From contig NZ_CP074694.1 of assembly GCF_018398935.1 (NCBI RefSeq), positions 6,300,001 through 6,332,000 on the forward strand: DNA of 32,000 nt, given 5' to 3'. A program made the translations under genes and the position numbers. The notes under the pieces are model-generated. The model did no database searches. It saw only the letters and a program-made list of their open reading frames with translations, and was not told the DNA's origin. Below are positions 10,300-15,771 of the stretch, piece by piece; positions within the stretch are counted from its first letter, which is position 1, and each line of letters opens with the position of its first letter. Origin of the DNA: Telmatocola sphagniphila. GTDB taxonomy: Bacteria; Planctomycetota; Planctomycetia; Gemmatales; Gemmataceae.

Positions 10300-10604
10300 T
10301 CGAATTTCCTTTTATTGGGAAACGCCAATATGCTTGAAAATTACTCCCCCTACCAACAGAAGGTTATCAAGAATTACTACGCGAACATCGATAAGGTGAG
10401 TCTGCAACGGCTCTCCGAATTGGTGACGGAACTCTATCTGGCGGAAGGTAAGAAGAAGGACAAGCTCTGGCAAACCGCGGCCACGACCATGAAGAAGCTG
10501 GAGGTCCCGCAAAGCCGGATCGATCACATCACGTCAAAGGCCGACGTGACTCTGTTGGCCGGGCTGGTGAAGGAGCTGATGGGGAAGTGAGGAGGGGGAT
10601 TTTA
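10245..10604 (+). repeat. Direct repeat, left copy: last 18 codons of the 1265-aa gene, the 30-nt spacer and the 86-aa gene
   Basis: Aligns without gaps through the stop codon (10590 / 13815) to 13470..13834; homology decays (with indels) in the last ~15-20 nt. The 30-nt spacer tcgaatttccttttattgggaaacgccaat is identical in both copies. Confidence 0.9.
10330..10590 (+). CDS. Small (86 aa) conserved hypothetical protein, copy 1, partner of the 1265-aa gene
   Basis: The ATG at 10330 lies 30 nt after the stop of the 1265-aa gene; the track ORF starts at an upstream TTG (10315). Translation is MLENYSPYQQKVIKNYYANIDKVSLQRLSELVTELYLAEGKKKDKLWQTAATTMKKLEVPQSRIDHITSKADVTLLAGLVKELMGK. Coding status is supported by the synonymous-only divergence from copy 2. 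Confidence 0.75.
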   Translation: MLENYSPYQQKVIKNYYANIDKVSLQRLSELVTELYLAEGKKKDKLWQTAATTMKKLEVPQSRIDHITSKADVTLLAGLVKELMGK

Positions 10605-10718
10605 AGATCGTGGATATCTCAATTTATTTTTGGAACAAACGCCTCTTTGATCAACCACTCCAGGCTAATTGCGTTTAATATTTGTAGAGTTTCAAAAATG
10701 CCCGGATGAAAAACCACT

Positions 10719-10958
10719 TCATCGATTGCCGACGCTGGCGGCCAAGCGCTTCTTTGCCATATTCTCGTCACATCTGGTATTGTTCACTGTGCTCAAAGTA
10801 CGGCAATAAATCGTAGCTATATAGTTTGGTCCATGATTCACTCGCGTATGGCTCTCGCTATCGCTAATCGCCGCATACATGAGCCTGACCTCGAGATTCA
10901 TGTTCACGGCGTTGGATGCAGTAATCCGATGAGCGGAATAATTGCCGAAATGAGTCAC
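10719..10958 (-). CDS. Hypothetical 79-aa ORF (weak call)
   Basis: GTG start preceded by a strong CTGGAGGACACC Shine-Dalgarno context (GGAGG about 5 nt upstream). Its start lies 94 nt from the left end of palindromic element A. No family recognised, and the composition is N/S/T/A-rich. Confidence 0.3.
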   Translation of the reverse strand: MTHFGNYSAHRITASNAVNMNLEVRLMYAAISDSESHTRVNHGPNYIATIYCRTLSTVNNTRCDENMAKKRLAASVGNR

Positions 10959-11052
10959 GGTGTCCTCCAGGGATGTTGGTAGCGTGCATCAAGTGGAAAC
11001 AGCAAGAAGGGGGGTTAAAAGTGTCGCAGATAATGCAGAGCAATTGTTTCTT

Positions 11053-11121
11053 AGAGGCTCTAACAAAACCCCTTTTTGTAGCAGTATTCCATGAACAAAC
11101 TGAGGTTTTATTAGAGGTTCT
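11053..11121 (+). repeat. 69-bp palindromic (MITE-like / REP-like) element, copy A
   Basis: Sequence agaggctctaacaaaacccc-tttttgtagcagtattccatgaacaaactg-aggttttattagaggttct. The 20-nt arms pair at 16/20 Watson-Crick positions plus one G-T pair. The asymmetric centre sets the orientation, which matches copy C. Confidence 0.85.
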
Positions 11122-11389
11122 TATTCATTTGCCTGGCGTAAGCTCAAAGTTGAAAACCAAGGATGAGCTTGGAATTAGAGCAGGAGCAGTTGCGGTAAGT
11201 TAAATGCCTTAAGATAAGAAAAAAAATGAAAATATTTTTAAAATTGGCTTGACCGATGAATAAGGCAAAGTTAATTTGCATGCATGCTGAAGCCTTTCCC
11301 AGACAATTATCAGACTAAATAAGATTGCGGTTAAATCACATACAAAGAAGCAACAGTAGAAATATATGCCTTGATTTAAAAGATTGACC

Positions 11390-11554
11390 ATGAATAATCG
11401 CGATGAATCGTGCATGTCAGAATTTAATATGCTGAAGGCCGAATTGTGTTTTATTGCCACCACATACGAAAAAGCGCATGAAATCTATTCTTTGAAATCG
11501 AGTGCCGATCAAGGTTCGGACTTCGCCGGATTGCTTAGTTACGGCAGCAAATAA
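11390..11554 (+). CDS. Possible small ORF (54 aa) leading the AT-rich operon (very weak call)
   Basis: ATG at 11390, TAA at 11552-11554. Translation is MNNRDESCMSEFNMLKAELCFIATTYEKAHEIYSLKSSADQGSDFAGLLSYGSK. It ends 24 nt before the ATG of the next gene. It is below the ORF-track size cut-off, has no clear RBS and no recognised family. Confidence 0.2.
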   Translation: MNNRDESCMSEFNMLKAELCFIATTYEKAHEIYSLKSSADQGSDFAGLLSYGSK

Positions 11555-11578
11555 TAATCGTTGGCTGGAGTATTAGAT

Positions 11579-11989
11579 ATGAACTCGATTGCGAACTTGA
11601 TGGTGGTGCTTGGGGGGATAGGTCTCTTTTTTGCATTCGGGCCAAATAGTTTACTAAATGGTAAAACCGATGCGACAAGCCAGAGTGACTCTAGAGAGCT
11701 GGTGGTCTCAAAGATAGAATGCAAGAAGATTTCTGACCATTATGAAGCGGAAGTTTGTTTCGAGAACAAAACGCAGAATTCAGTCTCCATCATCGAAATT
11801 ATCCCTACCTGCAGCTGCGCGAGCGGGAGAATTGAAGATTCCATGGTTGATCCTGTAAGGGAAGGTAAGATACGACTCGAATTTAAGCCCGGAGCGAGCG
11901 ATACTCAACAGATCATGATTCTCTACGAGGGTGTATTCGGAGGTCGATACCCTATTGTCGTCAATCTTAAATTGGGTTCCAAATCTTAG
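11579..11989 (+). CDS. Membrane-anchored DUF1573-like (single Ig-like beta-sandwich) protein
   Basis: The ATG at 11579 gives MNSIANLMVVLGGIGLFFAFG (an N-terminal TM anchor), followed by a pattern that fits DUF1573: CFENKTQNSVSIIEIIPTCSCASGRIEDSMVDPVREGKIRLEFKP. The family SCGC motif appears here as TCSC. Codon usage is strongly AT-rich. Confidence 0.55.
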   Translation: MNSIANLMVVLGGIGLFFAFGPNSLLNGKTDATSQSDSRELVVSKIECKKISDHYEAEVCFENKTQNSVSIIEIIPTCSCASGRIEDSMVDPVREGKIRLEFKPGASDTQQIMILYEGVFGGRYPIVVNLKLGSKS

Positions 11990-12108
11990 CTCGTTGAACG
12001 GGAACGATCATAAAGCAATCTTTACTATATATAACTAATCCCATATTGAATTTACTTCGAATAGAATATTCGACTTGTGGGTGTAAATTTACAACTGAAA
12101 GTGTTTAT

Positions 12109-13203
12109 ATGAAAATATTTATTTGCTTAGCAGTTGCGTTATTGCTCGATTACAATTGCTGCCGGGCGGAAAGTAATAATGCCGAGGAGATTGCCAAACT
12201 TCAAAAAGCGGGACTCGAAGCTTTGGCCTACTTTAAATCCATCACTTATAGTGGCAGTGACTCCAGCTCGGAAATTCTGTCAATGCTCAAAAAAGACGCC
12301 GAACTAAAAAATATAGCATTTACCGATTGCAGTACCATGGACTACGATAGGTATGAAGTTTATAATAACGACAGTCAAAAATACAATCATAAATATAGTT
12401 TAAAACAGATTGTGGGGAAAGATTGTTTGTTTGAAAATAGCAGTCTGATATCTAAGCCGCAAGAAGTGTGGCAAACCAGCTACTATTTTGGAGGCAAATC
12501 TTTGCAATTTACGGGAAAGCGAATTGTGCATCGCATAACAAATACAGGGGATTGCGGCGCGATAAGATATTTGGATTTGCGATTTATTAGTTCCCTTAGT
12601 CAAACTTTAACTCGCGAATTTAAAGGCGATTCCACATATGCGGAATATCTTGAAATGATTGAAGATAGAATAAAGAATTCATTAAAATGTAAAATATATA
12701 AAACAGAGAAAGATGTATTTGCAAAAATAGAATCAAATAAAAAATTGGCTGACGTTTCTTTGTACCTTCGATTTGAAAAAACTAAATCCGAATTTCTTCT
12801 AGCCGAAGTTGCAATTGCGACACCTAGTACTCTTTTTTACAAAAAATCATCATATGATGTTGCATTTAATGAGTTTCTGCCTCGTGAGGTGTCCTGTTCG
12901 CAATATGATAACTCAATACTAATTGAACACAATTCGATCACAGTAAAAAATCTTGTTGTAGGTAACTGCAAATGCGAGCCGAAAGATATATCTTTCGATG
13001 GGTTAGGTGAAATTGCGTACGGTGATTTGGTCTATCCGGTATACAGTAAAAATTTCATCCAATCAATATTTTATGGCGAAAAAATTGTAAAAATTGCGAC
13101 AGAGCGAAATCCCAAATTATACCTCATTGTTACCTCATGTGCCTTTCTAGCACTGGGATTATTAATACATTTGAGAAAAAGAATACTTAAAATGAGTAAA
13201 TAG
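12109..13203 (+). CDS. Hypothetical Cys-rich extracytoplasmic protein with a signal peptide and a C-terminal TM anchor
   Basis: The ATG at 12109 gives MKIFICLAVALLLDYNCCRAES (signal-like). The C-terminus LYLIVTSCAFLALGLLIHLRKRILKMSK is a TM helix plus a basic tail. Cysteines are scattered through the protein. The track ORF begins at an upstream TTG (12046). The gene is very AT-rich and its stop lies 8 nt before element B. Confidence 0.6.
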   Translation: MKIFICLAVALLLDYNCCRAESNNAEEIAKLQKAGLEALAYFKSITYSGSDSSSEILSMLKKDAELKNIAFTDCSTMDYDRYEVYNNDSQKYNHKYSLKQIVGKDCLFENSSLISKPQEVWQTSYYFGGKSLQFTGKRIVHRITNTGDCGAIRYLDLRFISSLSQTLTREFKGDSTYAEYLEMIEDRIKNSLKCKIYKTEKDVFAKIESNKKLADVSLYLRFEKTKSEFLLAEVAIATPSTLFYKKSSYDVAFNEFLPREVSCSQYDNSILIEHNSITVKNLVVGNCKCEPKDISFDGLGEIAYGDLVYPVYSKNFIQSIFYGEKIVKIATERNPKLYLIVTSCAFLALGLLIHLRKRILKMSK

Positions 13204-13211
13204 AAATATTA

Positions 13212-13280
13212 AGAGGCTCTGACAAAACCCCATTTCGTCCATTGAATACTGCTACAAAGAGAGGTTTTGTTAGGGCTTCT
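13212..13280 (-). repeat. 69-bp palindromic (MITE-like / REP-like) element, copy B, inverted relative to A and C
   Basis: The reverse complement of B aligns ungapped to A at 56/69 positions by hand count. It shares an exact 13-mer (gtattcaatggac) with C. In direct orientation the centres do not align. Confidence 0.85.
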
Positions 13281-13310
13281 AAATATCAAAAAAATGGGCT
13301 TCTCAATGTT

Positions 13311-13469
13311 GTAACCGCCCACACCTCGTCTTGAGATTATCTGGAATTGCTCTTGCGCTGGGGAATTAATTATCTTATCTCGGGGATGGAGTCTATCAGC
13401 GAAGAGTGGCTTATTCGCCAAACGCCGGAAGTTCGGGCTGTGCTGCGGATTCTTTTGAACCGCATCGCC
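13311..13469 (+). mobile_element. Truncated 5' end of an IS66-family-like insertion sequence (terminal GTAA inverted repeat plus the first ~31 codons of the transposase)
   Basis: G+C rises abruptly at GTAACCGCCCACACC (13311); IS66-family ends typically begin GTAA. An ATG at 13386 encodes MESISEEWLIRQTPEVRAVLRILLNRIAELE.., resembling the N-terminal leucine-zipper region (DUF6444-type, ..PEVQ....L..RIAELEA.L) of IS66-like transposases as I remember them. The frame then runs out of frame into host-like sequence and stops at 13511. Confidence 0.4.
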
Positions 13470-13470
13470 G

Positions 13471-13524
13471 AACTGGAGCGATCTGCAAAAGCAGCTGTCG
13501 GAGTACGATAAGCCGATCGAATAA
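13471..13524 (+). pseudogene. Orphan 3'-terminal remnant (17 codons plus stop) homologous to the C-terminus of the 1265-aa gene
   Basis: Reads NWSDLQKQLSEYDKPIE-stop versus NWSDLQRQLSEWDKPID-stop at 10246-10299. An in-frame TGA lies just upstream (13456-13458), so there is no long ORF. Confidence 0.6.
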
Positions 13525-13554
13525 TCGAATTTCCTTTTATTGGGAAACGCCAAT

Positions 13555-13815
13555 ATGCTCGAAAATTACTCCCCCTACCAGCAGAAGGTTATCAAGAATT
13601 ACTACGCGAACATCGATAAGGTGAGTCTGCAACGGCTCTCCGAATTGGTGACGGAGCTCTATCTGGCGGAAGGTAAGAAGAAAGACAAGCTCTGGCAAAC
13701 GGCGGCCACGACGATGAAGAAGCTGGAGGTCCCGCAGAGCCGGATTGATCACATCACCTCGAAAGCGGATGTGACGCTATTGGCCGGGGTGGTGAAGGAG
13801 CTGATGGGGAAGTAG
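13555..13815 (+). CDS. Small (86 aa) conserved hypothetical protein, copy 2
   Basis: Identical in length to copy 1 with one amino-acid difference (L to V near the C-terminus). There are 15 synonymous third-position differences, and the stop is TAG instead of TGA. The upstream 30 nt are identical to copy 1. Confidence 0.7.
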   Translation: MLENYSPYQQKVIKNYYANIDKVSLQRLSELVTELYLAEGKKKDKLWQTAATTMKKLEVPQSRIDHITSKADVTLLAGVVKELMGK

Positions 13816-13865
13816 GGGGAGGAGGTGTTTTTTGCAGGCATATATATTCTTCGAATAAAAATCAA

Positions 13866-15638
13866 TTACACTATTGTTTTCTCTTTGGCATGTAAAGATG
13901 CTAAAAGAAGGCCAATATGAAATACGCAATCTGTGAGGTATGGATTTATTTCGTTCGGCAAAATATCGCCATGAAATAGTCTGTTTCGAACATTAAGACC
14001 TAATTGATCAGTAAGAATATATCGCATATAAAATATTTCATCTTCGCTTTTGAAGATATTTAACAAAATAGGATCTCTCAAAAGGTCATCAAGTATTCGG
14101 AGATGAAATGCTCCACTTCTCGATTTTTTTATAATATACCCGTCAGAAAATTTTATCAAAAGACGAATTGCAGATTCGAGCTGAGGAAGAAACAGATGTA
14201 ATGCTGAAATCCAATCGTTCTCTAGGTATGATTTGATTGCCCTTTCAGTTAGTAACTTTTTATTTTCGCTGAATAAATGATTTGAGTGTATATACTCTGA
14301 AAAGTTTTCTTTATTTATAAGATTTCGAGATATACAAGCTTCAATAATTTGTCTATAGAGAAAATATTTGACAGGTTGGGTTATGCTCCAATATGACTTT
14401 AAAGCGCCGCCCTCGTCATTTTCGGCACTTCCGATGCTCCCTTGCTCGCGGCCATCTCTCGCTATTAATTTTTTTGTGACAAGATTCTGTAAGGGAAATT
14501 GCGCGACTAATCCTTTGATGTCTTTTCGATCCTGCTCAAAATTGGGTAAGCCTTGTATAGCGAGGTTTGTAAACACATCGCCAGGTGCTTCGATGAAGTT
14601 TTTTATGATACATTCAATTTCGCCGTTAGGAATGTGGATCGAGCTAGTCAGAGGGTGTAGTTCCATAGACATTTTTTTTGCACACTCAGAATACATTTTT
14701 ATTGCTTCGGCTGCCAAATCGTTTAAATTATACTGTTGTAAGGTCTTATGAATCTCCTGCATCCAAGCTGTAGTTATGATGCCTTTTATATCATGATTTT
14801 TTATTTTTTCAATATAAGCATCGGCGTATACCTTCAAAACGCGTGTGACATCTGACGAAGTTGCTGCTTTATTGTAAAATTCTGCCAGCCGAGTTGCGGC
14901 GAATTTTACACCTTCGGGCTCACTAGAATATTCTTGAAAAAGATTCCTGTATTTCGCAAGATTATTTTCGAGATTATTTATTATTTCAATAATTGAATCA
15001 ATTGAAATTTTACTTTTACAAGAACTTTCCAAAAGTAGATCATATGGATTCTTCCAAACATAGTAGGTCTTCTCAGTGTCTTTTGATTTGTAAAATTCGA
15101 TAATTGTAGAGCATAATTCTTGTAGAAGGTCATCTTCTTTGGTCAGGATTGCGAGTTGAATGGATCGTTCGAATCGAGCATAAGTTGTGTGCAAATATAC
15201 GTCCAGATCCGATTTGGCGATATCTATCGCTGCTCGAATGGTTGTCTTTGTGACTCTATTATCTTTCATTTTAAGTCTGGGCATCATGTCCCATGCTATA
15301 TCCGAATATCTGTATTTGAATATCGGATGAGTAACATCTTCACTCCGTTTAATCCAATACGAAATCCATTTTTCATTTAAATCAATGATTGATGGGAACT
15401 GACTGTTTTCATACTCCGAAAAGGGTGTATAATAATGCTCTGATCCATATCTTGACAATTGCTTTCCAGTAATGGGCCGAACCCTGAAAGCGAAAATTTC
15501 TGCTTCGAGTTCAAAATCGGATTGAGTAGGATTTAGGTTGGGAATTAATTTGATTAATTCTTCTGCCAACTCGTCTTCGGTAAAATTTTTCTTAAATGTT
15601 TCAAACTTATGAATTATTTCATCAATATGAGCTTTCAT
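13866..15638 (-). CDS. 590-aa protein with a C-terminal HEPN-like R-x4-H domain (resembles the DUF4209 family)
   Basis: Uninterrupted AT-rich ORF with an ATG start. The C-terminal region LFLPQLESAIRLL...YILTDQLGLNVRNRLFHGDILP carries R-N-R-L-F-H, encoded at 13971-13988 on the minus strand. This fits the HEPN Rx4-6H signature and my memory of the DUF4209 motif G.NLRN..AHG. The N-terminal ~450 aa are helical with no recognised motif. Confidence 0.7.
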   Translation of the reverse strand: MKAHIDEIIHKFETFKKNFTEDELAEELIKLIPNLNPTQSDFELEAEIFAFRVRPITGKQLSRYGSEHYYTPFSEYENSQFPSIIDLNEKWISYWIKRSEDVTHPIFKYRYSDIAWDMMPRLKMKDNRVTKTTIRAAIDIAKSDLDVYLHTTYARFERSIQLAILTKEDDLLQELCSTIIEFYKSKDTEKTYYVWKNPYDLLLESSCKSKISIDSIIEIINNLENNLAKYRNLFQEYSSEPEGVKFAATRLAEFYNKAATSSDVTRVLKVYADAYIEKIKNHDIKGIITTAWMQEIHKTLQQYNLNDLAAEAIKMYSECAKKMSMELHPLTSSIHIPNGEIECIIKNFIEAPGDVFTNLAIQGLPNFEQDRKDIKGLVAQFPLQNLVTKKLIARDGREQGSIGSAENDEGGALKSYWSITQPVKYFLYRQIIEACISRNLINKENFSEYIHSNHLFSENKKLLTERAIKSYLENDWISALHLFLPQLESAIRLLIKFSDGYIIKKSRSGAFHLRILDDLLRDPILLNIFKSEDEIFYMRYILTDQLGLNVRNRLFHGDILPNEINPYLTDCVFHIGLLLASLHAKEKTIV

Positions 15639-15668
15639 TGCACTTGCACCAAATAAATCTTCTGAAAT

Positions 15669-15735
15669 AGAGGTATTAACAAAACCCCATTTTTGCGGTA
15701 TTCAATGGACAAATTGAGGTATTGTCAGAGTTTCT
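15669..15735 (+). repeat. 67-bp palindromic (MITE-like / REP-like) element, copy C (most degenerate)
   Basis: Sequence agaggtattaacaaaaccccatttttgcggtattcaatggacaaattgaggtattgtcagagtttct, in the same orientation as A. It lies 30 nt upstream of the ATG of the 590-aa gene and 36 nt beyond the stop of the esterase gene. It marks the composition shift back to the backbone. Confidence 0.8.
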
Positions 15736-15771
15736 TAGGGGCATTATTGTTCTTTCTGAGAAAAATGTCCC

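Larger units (their letters stand above)
13470..13834 (+). repeat. Direct repeat, right copy
   Basis: Ungapped alignment to 10245..10604 through the stop codons; homology decays beyond them. It has backbone-like G+C and is embedded in the AT-rich island. Confidence 0.9.

Noticed and set aside
10591-11052. Possible remnant of an integrase or recombinase at the left edge of the island
   Set aside because: I translated all frames by eye. Only short ORFs appear (79 aa on minus, 37 and 49 aa on plus), with no recombinase-like motif such as R..H..R..Y or the serine-recombinase N-terminus. This cannot be supported without a database search.
10973-11203. 76-aa plus-strand ORF
   Set aside because: It reads straight through palindromic element A (its EALTKPLFVAVFHEQTEVLLEVL segment is the translated repeat), so it is most likely an artefact. 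The same applies to the 114-aa minus-strand ORF at 13209-13553, which spans element B, the IS fragment and the duplicated segment.
11209-11463. 84-aa minus-strand ORF
   Set aside because: It is a low-complexity F/L/I/C/S-rich translation of very AT-rich DNA. It is antisense to the promoter-like region and the small plus-strand ORF, and has no RBS or family resemblance.
11053-15735. The three spaced repeats as a CRISPR array
   Set aside because: The spacing is about 2.1-2.4 kb rather than 25-75 bp. One copy is inverted, the repeats are only about 80% identical, coding genes lie between them, and there are no cas genes.
11053-15735. The three palindromes as integron attC sites (a CALIN-type cassette array)
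   Set aside because: The length (67-69 bp), the hairpin potential and the position of B right after a stop codon fit attC sites. Several things do not fit: there is no intI or attI in the window, the ends fit the RYYYAAC / GTTRRRY cores only loosely (for example GCTCTAAC, GTTAGGG), the central region is conserved, B is inverted, and the cassettes would be multi-gene (2.1-2.4 kb). I keep it only as an alternative to test with an attC covariance model.
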